Counted from the first letter of the stretch, positions 1 to 9,579 are shown. The stretch is DNA of 64,000 nucleotides from an uncultured Gammaproteobacteria bacterium (GCA_963764725.1 CAVXTM010000009.1:32001-96000); one strand, 5' to 3'. Made by a program: numbers and translations. The notes: generated from the sequence alone by a model not told the origin.

Positions 1-689
1 GCCACTGAGGCAAGGATCAACACCACTGCTGCCCCGAATTTTGGTCTTGTGAGGGACAGGGGTTTACGAAAACGCGTTGTGGCCAATGTGCGGTACGACC
101 GCAATAGCTCTAGCGTGCTGGCGAAGGCGGGCAGCACGGTCGAGAAAGCCAGCGTCGCGTGGCCAATATAGGCGAGCGGCGTAGTCGCCGCATGATTAAC
201 GTAGTGCCAATTCTGCACAAAGCGGTTGAGGTACTCGAAATACCACCAAAACACAGCGCTTAAAGGAAACAGCATGATCAGATACCGCGGCTCGTGCGTA
301 AGCAGACACTTGCCGGTGCGCCGCAAGCTAAGCGCATTCGCGACGATGATGTAGGAGACCCAAAGCGGAGCGAACGTATGGGGTTGCAGAGGCTCGAACC
401 ATTCGAACCTGTTCCACGCAAAAACCCAGCAGACAATGAGCAATATGCTTGCAGCCCAGCCCCACCAGGGGAAAGGATAGCGCGGCTCGCGCGGTGCATG
501 CGGGCGTGAAAAAGGCAGATATAAGCGCACCCAGGTAAGCGCAAGGCAGAGGGCCAATGCGCTGACGAGTGCAAACGCCGGCCAAGAGAACGCCGCAGGC
601 TCCACAAGCCGCGTTTGCGGTGGGAACTCCAAAAAAACGGAGACTGGCTGGCCAGCAACCGCTGCGCCCACTAGCGGCAATCCGATTAG
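1..689 (-). pseudogene. Multi-pass membrane hypothetical protein, 3' part (interrupted by insertion element; runs off the left edge)
   Basis: Minus-strand frame reads LIGLPLVGAAVAGQPVSVFLEFPPQ...YPFPWWGWAASILLIVCWVFAWNRF...FWWYFEYLNRFVQNWHY with no stop. It joins in frame with 2371-2425 when 690-2370 and one CTAA are removed. Confidence 0.8.
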
Positions 690-2370
690 TCCCTTATCCA
701 TGAAATCTTGTGCAAAAAAGCAAAGAGTGTCATGCATGAGCGGTATTGAGAGCAGGCATGACCACATACTCTCGGATAGCGAGTGCGCTGCTGAGCACAC
801 GACGACCGAATGTCGTGAGGTAGTACTTGTAGCGATGTCCAATCTTTTTGATGAGGCCATGGGTGCGCAAGCGTTTCAACCAGTAGGAGGCACGGCCGGT
901 GGAGAGATCCCGGAGATGGGCTCGGAGATCGGAGGCGCGAAAGCCGCTGATGTTCCACTCCCCGCGGGCGAGGGTGATAAAAAGGCTATGATCTTCACCG
1001 AGGAAGAGATTGAAGCCCCGATAGGAGCGGTCTTTCTCTCGTACAGGTTTGGCCATTTTGTCGATGGCGTGCAGAGCTGCATTGGGGTTATCGATGCTGG
1101 CCATGAAGCTGAGATAGCGTTCATTGGCAGCATGCATCAGCTCTCGCAGATCGGGGAGGCTATAGATGTTTTTTCGCAGGGGTGCGAGTTTGAATTGCTT
1201 GCGCCCATTGCGTTGTTCCACCCAACGGTGGTGTTTGAAGAAGGAGACATCGTTGGCGGTGCATTCCACCCGAGCCATGAGACTGAATTTATCGTAGAGC
1301 TTGAGGCTTGCTGGTCCCATATGATGGCGGATGCGTGTACCCTGAATGCGGGTGTGAAAATCGTTACCGGCCTCCCCGCTGAAGGCCGAGGTGAGTTTGC
1401 GTCCCAAGAAGGTGGCGACGTGTTCTGCCTTGAGGGCATGCACGGCGGTACGCACGATGGCTTGATAGAGGGGTTGGAAATCGGCTTGGCGGTGGAAGAT
1501 GACATCGGTCGAGAAAGCCAGGGCCAGGGAGTGGCCCTGCTTGGCGCGCCGAGGATGCAACTCCACCTGCATGAAGCTCCAGTGATAACCAGCGCGAAAC
1601 TGACCCAAGATAGGACAGAAGCTTTTCGCCCATCGGTCCAAACGCCGATGCAAGCCTTTGGGATCGAGGCTATCGGCAAGCGCCTGAGCCTGTTGGGGAT
1701 CGCCGATGGACAAGAAGGCATTATCGGCGCGCTCAAAGGCGATCCCTGTCTTGGTCAGTCGTTGGGCTAACCAGTGATGGCCGTTCAAATAGACCTGCAG
1801 GCGAAACGGTGCCCAGGTGGGTACTCGGACATAACAGAGCCCGAAGATCTCATCGATGAAATAGAAGTAATAATGCAAACACTTGCCCGGGGTAGACTTC
1901 AAACGGGTCGTATGCTGAAGCTTGTCATGCCAGGGGCGATACGAAGGACAGGCCTCCATCGCCGAGAAGATATGCACCAGCCCCGGGTGCTCACCGCGCA
2001 AAGCCAAAATCGCTTTGATCCGTTCTTCTTTACGAAACGCCTTGTAATGACGGATGAATTCAATTTCCAACGAAGCCTCAGCGGCCAGCCGCTCGGCATG
2101 GGGTCCGAAGCGCCTCGCGCAGCGGTTCTGCCCAGCGGGGATAGTCAAACAGACGCATACCCCGGACACCCAAATACCGGGCCATAGCCTCGGCATGGGC
2201 GATCTCCGGAAGCGTGCCAGTGATCACGATGCGGTCAAAGCAACAAAGCACCGCGGCGATCTTCGCTTGATGGCGTTCAACAAAGGAGTTCATGGCGACG
2301 ACCCATCTCAGTTCTTATTGCCCATCCGCCAGAATAGTACATTCAACACCTTGGTTCCGGCTATGCCGGG
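690..2370 (-). mobile_element. 1681-bp insertion element without terminal inverted repeats, flanked by TTAG (CTAA) on both sides
   Basis: TTAG at 686-689 and 2371-2374; removal restores the host ORF exactly. Small hairpin ccggc-tat-gccgg at 2357-2369. One large frameshifted gene inside. Confidence 0.85.
730..2293 (-). pseudogene. Putative transposase with C-terminal winged HTH; frameshift near 2100
   Basis: ORFs 2078-2293 (MNSFVERHQAKIAAVLCCFDRIVITGTL) and 730-2196 join if one G of GGGG 2100-2103 is removed. Contains KLYDKFSLMARVE and a wHTH-like tail (SYWLKRLRTHGLIKKIGHRYKYYLT). Confidence 0.7.
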
Positions 2371-2425
2371 TTAGGATAACCGTTGTGGCAACCAGGACAA
2401 TGGTGTTTCTGTTAATCGCATGCAT
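2371..2425 (-). pseudogene. 5' end (MHAINRNTIVLVATTVIL) of the interrupted membrane-protein gene
   Basis: ATG at 2425; 18 codons plus 1 nt continue in frame into 685 and below. Confidence 0.75.
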
Positions 2426-2576
2426 GAGCGTAATCCGCGGCGGGAGTCGCGGCGATCGGGGTGGTGCAACGATAGGCAAGCTGAGATGGGAAGGATCCTG
2501 GCGATCACCGCGGTGACGCAGCACCTCAAGAGCCGAGGGCTTTCATGGTGACCTCAAACGCTGGGTAGGATTGCTG

Positions 2577-5500
2577 CTACCTTGCGACAACAAAGTGCGA
2601 ACGCGCGACATCAAAGCTATCACCTACCTGTACCCGATGCTCAACGGTGTATTGGCCAGATTTGGTCCAGGAGGGTAAGGGTAGCTCGGTTGCCGCGGTA
2701 TTGCGGCCGGGCTTCGCGAACCCGTAGTCCATGCCCGTTTGCCCGATTCTCCTACCGTTTTTCAACAGCGCCCATGTGGCTTGAACATAAGCGTGCTTGT
2801 CCCTGGCGGGAAGGGTTAGAGAATATTCCGTAGAAAACTGCACTGTCTCGCCGGGTTGCACGCGAAAACGCGATGAAGCAGCTTCTTGAATCGTTAATCG
2901 GGCCGCATCAGTGGGCTTCTCGCTTTGGGTATTTTGGCGGCGTGTGGGGACACCGAGCGATGACTGGCCCGCATTACTCCCGGCATTGGGTTGAGCCTGA
3001 TGACTTGCTATTTCATCGCGTACTAATGCCACATCGCTTGAATCGGGGCGGATCGTTGCTGCCTGGCCTACATAGATGCGTGCCGTCTGCAGATCGTGTT
3101 CGTTTATGGCTTTGCGCGCGAGCTCGAGGAGTTTCTTGACGGTTCGTTCCTCTTCGTTGGTGCGGTCTGCCGCGCGCGACTTGAGAGCTTCCTGGGCTTT
3201 TAACTTGCGCGTGTCCAGCTCGTCGCGAAGCTTGGTCACTTGGTCTGATTCAGGAAGGATGACCAAAGCCTGCGCTAAATGGGCTTCGGCCATTCTCATA
3301 TCATTGGCGTCGAGCGCCTTGCGGCCAAGAGCAACTAACTTGTTCACGACCTCTTCGGCCTGCAGGCGCTTCGTCTCTGCCGTAACGTGTTGCATTAAGG
3401 TCACGCTCTTCCGGACATTGAGCGTGTCCCGAAGTTTAGCCACGCGTTGCGAAGCCGGCGCAATCGTGGCGGCCTCATCGAGCTTGCTCTGAGCGGCGTC
3501 CCACTGCTCGCCGTCGAGGGCGTCCCGGGCGGCGCTGAGCAACCGCTCCAACAAATCTTGAATGGCTTCTGTCGCCTCCGCAAGATCGGGCTTGAGCGCG
3601 AGGACCGCCTGATATTTTTCAATCGCATTGCGGCCCTTTGGATGAGTGATTCGACCGGCCTCGACATCGGCCTTCGCTGCCTCGAGGAGATTACCGATGC
3701 GCTGATCTAAGATCGGTGGGAAAAGGGTGGGCTTTCCGGCTCGATCCTCACGACCTTGTGCCACACCGTCCGGCGCGAGCTGCTCCGGTATGGATACTTG
3801 GGCCGCCGGCTTGGGTATGGTTTCGGTTGCCTCCTCGCGCACGCGGTTTTGGGAAAGCCATTCCTCTGCTGCATCGTAAAGGAAAGCAAACGAACCCGGG
3901 CCCATCCACGCCAAGGAGAGCCCCAGACCCACTATCCCTGCAATCGCGGCAGAGTATCCGAGCCACTTGTCGCGGTGCCGTCGTCGCACGTTCCGTTCGG
4001 GGGGGCTGCCGCCCGCCGTTTCATTGGAGGGATCGACTGCGCTCCCTACTCGGTCGTTCGATATCGGAGTGTTCACCGGAACACCCGCTGGTTGTAATGA
4101 CCGATCTGGGATGCTGTCAATTTTCCCATGCGGCCTCCCTGCAACGGCGAGCCGTTCCTGGTTGCCCGTCCGGCCGCGGCCAAGCGCAACTACCTTGTTC
4201 GCGGTCTCTTCGGCCTGTCGGTGCCGCGTCTCCTCCACGAGGCGTTGCTGTACGACCGCGGTCTCGCGTGCCTTGAGTTCCTCGCGAAGGTGGGCTACGG
4301 CTTCCGATGTCGGTGCGATTCCCGCGGCCTCATCGAGCCTGGTCTGAGCCGTCTGCAGATCGTGTTCGCTTATGGCGGTGCGCGCGAGGTCGAGAAGCTT
4401 CTTGACGGTCCGCTCCTCTTCGGCCACGCGCCGCTTGTGATCTTCCTGGGCTCGTAGCTTGTATGTCTCGAGATCTTCACGCAGCTTGACCACTTGCTCT
4501 GATTCAGGCCGGATCACGAAGGCCTGGTCAAAATGGGCTTCGGCCATTCTAATATCGTTGGCCTGGAGCGCCTTGCGGCCAAGCGCAACGAACGTGTTCG
4601 CGGTCTCTTCGGCCTGTCGGTGCCGCGTCTCCTCCACGAGGCGTTGCTGTACGACCGCGGTCTCGCGTGCCTTGAGTTCCTCGCGAAGGTGGGCTACGGC
4701 TTCCGATGTCGGTGCGATTCCCGCGGCCTCGTCGAGCCTGGTCTGAGCCGTCTGCAGATCGTGTTCGCTTATGGCGGTGCGCGCGAGGTCGAGAAGCTTC
4801 TTGACGGTCCGCTCCTCTTCGGCCACGCGCCGCTTGTGATCTTCCTGGGCTCGTAGCTTGTATGTCTCGAGATCTTCACGCAGCTTGACCACTTGCTCTG
4901 ATTCAGGCCGGATCACGAAGGCCTGGTCAAAATGGGCTTCGGCCATTCTAATATCGTTGGCCTGGAGCGCCTTGCGGCCAAGCGCAACGAACGTGTTCGC
5001 GGTCTCTTCGGCCTGTCGGTGCCGCGTCTCCTTCACGAGGCGTTGCTGTACGACCGCGGTCTCGCGTGCCTTGAGTTCCTCGCGAAGGTGGGCTACGGCT
5101 TCCGATGTCGGTGCGATTCCCGCGGCCTCGTCGAGCCTGGTCTGAGCCGTCTGCAGATCGTGTTCGCTTATGGCGGTGCGCGCGAGGTCGAGAAGCTTCC
5201 TGACGGTCCGCTCCTCTTCGGCCACGCGCCGCTTGTGATCTTCCTGGGCTCGTAGTGTCTCGACATCATCACGCAGCTTGGCCACGTGCTCTGATTTAGG
5301 CCGGATCACAAAGTCGATGTCGAGCGAGTCGTTCCCGGATAGCTCCTTGCGCCACGCCGCAACGGTCAGCGGCCGCTGCGTGGGTAAAAAACGTAAGGCA
5401 TGATCAATGGCTTTAAGAAAGGCATCGCTATAGTTTTCCTGCCCAACCGGCAGTACGGACATCAGCGGATCGGTTTCGCCTTGGACGACCATGCGACTGC

Positions 5501-6248
5501 GCTCGATTGCAGCTACCGGTGCAACGCCAACCACTGCCTGGTAGAGCGTTGCGCCAAGGCTGAAAATGTCGGTCCACGGGCCATGCAGCTCGCCATCGCC
5601 AAAGCAAAGCTCGATGGGCGCGAAGTCCGATGGGAAATGCTTGGTCAATGTGCTAGCGGGGTTGAAGAGAGCGCCGCCGCCCGGGTTGAAGCCCGTTAAC
5701 ACGGGGCTCCCATCTGGACGAATAATAATGTTTGACGGCTGAATGTAGCGGTGAATATAGCCGCTTGCGTGGATCGCTTCGAGCCCGTCCAGGATCGGTA
5801 ATACCAAGGCGAGAAGCTCCTTTTCCGCCACAGTTGAGCCATCAAAGAGGTGTTCTGCTTTCTTGCCTTGCTCGTGCGCGACGACGATATAAGCGCTGTT
5901 GTTCGCTTCGAAGGCATTCAACGCTAGGGCGATATTTTGATGCCTGATCCCGGCAAGCTTTTGCGCGTCAGTCAGGAAGCACGCAAGCCCAGCCTTATAC
6001 TCCGCGCCATGCTCCGCAGCGGCAGGATGAATCACGCCGCGCGTATCGCGTACGGCGATCTCGCACGGCATGTATTCGGTAATAATGACCGTGCGGCCCA
6101 GGTTCAGGTCACTGGCTAAATAGGTTAACCAATAGTCCCCCTGGCCGAGGACGCTGTCGACGCGATACCAATGAAGCTTCGTCCCGGGTAAGAGCGGATC
6201 GGCGTCTGATTCAATCCTTAGATCCGCGATGGTCAGATCATTGTCCAC
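2577..6248 (-). CDS. Hanks-type Ser/Thr pseudokinase with helical/TPR-like repeats, one TM helix and a C-terminal beta-rich domain
   Basis: Kinase-fold motifs LGQGDY, IHRYIQPSNI, FAPIE, PWTDIFSLGATLY; TM segment WLGYSAAIAGIVGLGLSLAWMG; 1223-aa intact ORF. Confidence 0.85.
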   Translation of the reverse strand: MDNDLTIADLRIESDADPLLPGTKLHWYRVDSVLGQGDYWLTYLASDLNLGRTVIITEYMPCEIAVRDTRGVIHPAAAEHGAEYKAGLACFLTDAQKLAGIRHQNIALALNAFEANNSAYIVVAHEQGKKAEHLFDGSTVAEKELLALVLPILDGLEAIHASGYIHRYIQPSNIIIRPDGSPVLTGFNPGGGALFNPASTLTKHFPSDFAPIELCFGDGELHGPWTDIFSLGATLYQAVVGVAPVAAIERSRMVVQGETDPLMSVLPVGQENYSDAFLKAIDHALRFLPTQRPLTVAAWRKELSGNDSLDIDFVIRPKSEHVAKLRDDVETLRAQEDHKRRVAEEERTVRKLLDLARTAISEHDLQTAQTRLDEAAGIAPTSEAVAHLREELKARETAVVQQRLVKETRHRQAEETANTFVALGRKALQANDIRMAEAHFDQAFVIRPESEQVVKLREDLETYKLRAQEDHKRRVAEEERTVKKLLDLARTAISEHDLQTAQTRLDEAAGIAPTSEAVAHLREELKARETAVVQQRLVEETRHRQAEETANTFVALGRKALQANDIRMAEAHFDQAFVIRPESEQVVKLREDLETYKLRAQEDHKRRVAEEERTVKKLLDLARTAISEHDLQTAQTRLDEAAGIAPTSEAVAHLREELKARETAVVQQRLVEETRHRQAEETANKVVALGRGRTGNQERLAVAGRPHGKIDSIPDRSLQPAGVPVNTPISNDRVGSAVDPSNETAGGSPPERNVRRRHRDKWLGYSAAIAGIVGLGLSLAWMGPGSFAFLYDAAEEWLSQNRVREEATETIPKPAAQVSIPEQLAPDGVAQGREDRAGKPTLFPPILDQRIGNLLEAAKADVEAGRITHPKGRNAIEKYQAVLALKPDLAEATEAIQDLLERLLSAARDALDGEQWDAAQSKLDEAATIAPASQRVAKLRDTLNVRKSVTLMQHVTAETKRLQAEEVVNKLVALGRKALDANDMRMAEAHLAQALVILPESDQVTKLRDELDTRKLKAQEALKSRAADRTNEEERTVKKLLELARKAINEHDLQTARIYVGQAATIRPDSSDVALVRDEIASHQAQPNAGSNAGQSSLGVPTRRQNTQSEKPTDAARLTIQEAASSRFRVQPGETVQFSTEYSLTLPARDKHAYVQATWALLKNGRRIGQTGMDYGFAKPGRNTAATELPLPSWTKSGQYTVEHRVQVGDSFDVARSHFVVAR
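4175..5313. repeat. 399-bp (133-aa) near-perfect tandem repeat, about 2.8 copies, inside the kinase gene
   Basis: 4459-4857 and 4858-5256 are almost identical; the shadow ORFs recur with a 399-bp offset. Confidence 0.95.
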
Positions 6249-6669
6249 GGCGATTAAACAATCCCTCGATCAATAGGTTGTTACTGACTTGCCTGTTAGA
6301 ATGTCCTCTTCCAAGCGGTGCTGACCCGAGTGCAGCAGATTCCCTTGCGCTGTTAGCCCGAGCGATTGGCCTGTTCCGTCTCCTGGTGCCAGGGGCCCGA
6401 AAAAAGGGGGTCAGGGGATCGCTTGGCTTGAGATCACAGAATGCCTCAAAGCACCTGCACTTATCGACAGAAACCTCCATTAATTACTCAATTTGTCTTA
6501 TTGGCGTCTCTCGACTGCAAGTGGCTAATTCAAGCGGCTTTCTTTTCTGATGTCCTCATCAATGCCTTTAGCCCATGTATCGACACGTTGGTGAGAATGC
6601 GGGCTACATCTCCCGTCCCTTCGTCCCGAACCTAGTGTATTAAAAAAGTGCGGAATAAAACAGCCAAGA

Positions 6670-6702
6670 TCTCGCCAAAACTCGGCTTTTCTCGCCAAAA
6701 CT
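6670..6702. repeat. Direct repeat TCTCGCCAAAACT x2, candidate integrase arm-type sites
   Basis: Copies at 6670-6682 and 6690-6702, about 70 bp from the tRNA fragment. Confidence 0.5.
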
Positions 6703-6773
6703 TGCCGTTATTTTCCGCAGTGCCTTTCCGATGTATTTCCTAAGTTCAGTAGGTTACGGGATTTCGTGTCGCA

Positions 6774-6820
6774 GACTCTTAATCAGTAGGTCGTAGGTTC
6801 GAGCCCTACACGGCCCACCA
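6774..6820 (+). repeat. 3' half of tRNA-Lys(CTT): att direct repeat of an integrated element
   Basis: GACTCTTAATC (anticodon loop), GTAGGTTCGAGCCCTAC (T arm), CGGCCCACCA end. No D arm or complementary 5' acceptor strand upstream. Confidence 0.85.
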
Positions 6821-7295
6821 AAGGATGGAACGCACACCGCTTGTTCGTCACCTGTGCGCTTACGACCTCTACCTGTTGCGCCGGCGGCTGTGGCGACACT
6901 GGCAGGGCCGTAGTGTGTTCTGCAGTGGCAAACGGGGCGAACATGGCCTTCTGAACGATGAAAAACAGATCTCTCGGCTGCGTTTCCGTCTGAAATCGAT
7001 TCGTATGCACGCCGTACTTGTTCAGAGTTTCCCTAATTTTAGGGAGAACTTCACACTTCCGGTGACAGCGCTTTTATGTGCACCACCGTCGCCTCCCACG
7101 GCGTACCATGAACTCGGTCGAGGAGACGTTTGTCCGCCGTAGCGAGCTTCAGGCCACGTTCTATCGCCAACGCGATGTAGAAGCCGTCGTCGTCTGAACG
7201 GACTCCTGTTCGGGCACACCGGTTGATGGATACGAGACTTCGATCGGTTAAGCTTGTAGAGTCACCGTCTGATCCCGGCCATTTCGCGCGACGAT

Positions 7296-8813
7296 ATGCC
7301 GATTAACCCGAAGTTCAGAGGTTCGGTCTTCATAAGCTACCGGCGTACCGATTCGCCTGGATACGTCAGAGCCCTCATGAGCGATATGCGTAATACCTTC
7401 GGGAGTAAGCAAGTCTTCCTGGACATGGAAGACATCGGGGTTGGAAGCGATTTCCAGCGCATCATCGAAGAGGCGGTCGGCAATTGTGAACTGTTGCTCG
7501 CGATCATTGGCCCGACTTGGGCCGAGGTGCGCGATGAGGTCGGGCAACGCAGATTAGATGATCATACCGATTTCGTGCGTCTCGAGATCGCCGCCGCCCT
7601 CGCACGGAAAATTCCGATAATTCCGGTGCTGGTGGACAACGCCAAGATGCCGGAGGCGGACCAGCTCCCGGACCAACTCAAGCTGCTCGCATCTCTGCAA
7701 GGGGTTTCGCTTGCGCATGATCGCTGGGACGCCGACATTCTCCGGCTATTCGCAGCCATAGAAAGCGTTACCGTGGAGCCGCGAATCTCGCGCCAATACG
7801 CCGTGGCGTTGGCTAAGTTGAGTCGTGGGAGTTGGCAAGCGGCGCTGAGCGACTTGGAAGCTATTACGTCGATTCAACCCCACTATCTTGACGTTCTAGA
7901 GAAAATCGAACCGCTGCGCGCGCTGGCCCGCAACCTGTCGCGGCTCGGCCCGACGGCTACTGCAGGACATCGGTTAGCAGCGAAGTATCCGTTAGCGCTT
8001 ATGCTGATTGTCAGCCTGCTCCCGAATGCCGCCGCCGCATTGTTCAACTATCTCTTTAATTGGGAGGTCATCGTGCATCCCATGTCCAGGCGCGGGATCG
8101 AGCAGGCGGAACACTATTTTCGGATTTGGGCGCTACTCGTCAACAGTATCGGGTTCTCGTTGGGCATCGCCTTGTTCGTCTATTTCGCCAGGCCCGTGAC
8201 CCGTAGCCTCGCGGACACTCTGAGGGGAGTGGCCATACGGCACGAATCCTTGGCGTCCTTGCGGCGACGCTGTTTGATGCTAGGGCACTACGTCGCGCTT
8301 ATCAGCGCTTGCCTTTGGATTGTGGCTGGTCCCATTTATCCCTTGACGATCGGCGCGCTGGAAATTCGCGACTATGTCTACTTCGTCGTTTCGCTGACGA
8401 TATGCGGCGTCATCGCCGCCACTTACCCTTTCTTGGTCGTGACGTGGCTATGCACCCATGTGTTCTATCTGGCATTCATCACGCCCGGCTCTGTCGCCGC
8501 CGACGATACGGCAACGTTAACGCGCGTTGATGCCTGGAAGTGGCGCTATTTGGCGATGGCCGGGGCCTTGCCGATGCTGGTCTTAACCTTGGGACTCGTC
8601 CTCGGCCCACAGGTCGGGTCACGCTGGGCTTCAATGCTCTTGGGAATATTGGGGTTTGGTGGCCTTGTCGGTTTTATTTTAGCCCTGTGGCTGTTCCGGG
8701 CGATTCAAGCGGATATCGCCTTGTTGAAGGAAGCGATTTGGGCTTATGGCGTCAAGCGGGACGATCAACAAGCGCATGGCGGCAAGCCCGCGACAGAAGT
8801 ATCGCGCGGTTGA
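7296..8813 (+). CDS. TIR (TIR_2) domain + TPR-like helix pair + about 6 TM helices
   Basis: VFISYRRTDS...VFLDMEDIGVGSDF...DFVRLEIAAAL..IPIIPVLV; hydrophobic C-terminal half. Confidence 0.85.
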   Translation: MPINPKFRGSVFISYRRTDSPGYVRALMSDMRNTFGSKQVFLDMEDIGVGSDFQRIIEEAVGNCELLLAIIGPTWAEVRDEVGQRRLDDHTDFVRLEIAAALARKIPIIPVLVDNAKMPEADQLPDQLKLLASLQGVSLAHDRWDADILRLFAAIESVTVEPRISRQYAVALAKLSRGSWQAALSDLEAITSIQPHYLDVLEKIEPLRALARNLSRLGPTATAGHRLAAKYPLALMLIVSLLPNAAAALFNYLFNWEVIVHPMSRRGIEQAEHYFRIWALLVNSIGFSLGIALFVYFARPVTRSLADTLRGVAIRHESLASLRRRCLMLGHYVALISACLWIVAGPIYPLTIGALEIRDYVYFVVSLTICGVIAATYPFLVVTWLCTHVFYLAFITPGSVAADDTATLTRVDAWKWRYLAMAGALPMLVLTLGLVLGPQVGSRWASMLLGILGFGGLVGFILALWLFRAIQADIALLKEAIWAYGVKRDDQQAHGGKPATEVSRG

Positions 8814-9079
8814 TGGAACTCTGTGGAACGGCACTCGACGGCTGGAAGCCGATTTAGGCCGTGCGATGCATGCGCGCCGGCACCCGATAGTGGAGTGGGC
8901 GATGAATAGCGCTACCGCCGCTTGAACTAGCCGCGGCCCGTATTTTTCGTTGAGTTCGCCGAGGTAGGCGAGGATACGCGTGATCGATCCGCTGTCGGTG
9001 ACGAAGTTCTTGCATGCTGCTACCTAACAAGCCAAACACGGATTGACAAAACTGCAATTAGTCCAGAGTTCTCTCTAAG

Positions 9080-9166
9080 ATTAGCACGCCGATCGTGTCG
9101 GGCGAGGACAACGACCGCTATCTCGTGAGTTCGCTCATCGAGGAGGCCATTACCTCCAGCCAACTA
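9080..9166 (+). pseudogene. Fic-family protein remnant
   Basis: Translates ISTPIVSGEDNDRYLVSSLIEEAITSSQL, matching the Fic N-terminal EEAIxSSQ(L/I)EG motif; no start or continuation. Confidence 0.6.
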
Positions 9167-9294
9167 TTCTTGCCAGTCTGTGTTTGACTGGGAAACATGC
9201 TGGCCTCCGCTCCGTCTATGGCGACAGCGCGCTAGGCATTCGACGGTTTCGGCCGCTAGCAATGCACTATCCTCTTTTAGGTGCTTAACTTGCC

Positions 9295-9579
9295 ATGACC
9301 GCCCAAGCTCGCTCACGGGATGTCGACACAAATGACCTAGTAAGGCTCGCTAAGCTGCAAGACGGCACTGCTCCTCTTCGGTCTCTCAGGCGAAAATCTG
9401 CGCAGGCTGCGTCAAGCGCAGTCGATAAAATCGACCTCGCCGAAATGCGTTTAAAGGGCATGGCCGTTATCTTCTACGGCAAGACCGAAGCGGCGATGGT
9501 CGCGGCCTTGCGCGAGGCCGGCAGGCTGAGCGAGGACCTGATCACCCATCCGATGCACGACAATCAGGAAGTGAACTAG
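9295..9579 (+). CDS. Hypothetical protein
   Basis: 94-aa ORF with ATG start; no family recognised. Confidence 0.35.
   Translation: MTAQARSRDVDTNDLVRLAKLQDGTAPLRSLRRKSAQAASSAVDKIDLAEMRLKGMAVIFYGKTEAAMVAALREAGRLSEDLITHPMHDNQEVN

Noticed and set aside
700-1770. 356-aa plus-strand ORF
   Set aside because: Antisense shadow of the element's gene with no recognisable motifs.
2351-2378. Integron attC site (GTTAG core)
   Set aside because: No matching inverse core at a suitable distance, no cassette array and no integrase; better explained as the element end.
4175-5313. DGR template/variable repeat pair
   Set aside because: Repeats are in-frame tandem coding units with very few differences, and no reverse transcriptase gene is present.
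6745-6820. Intact tRNA-Lys gene
   Set aside because: The 5' acceptor strand and D arm are missing; only the 3' half is present.
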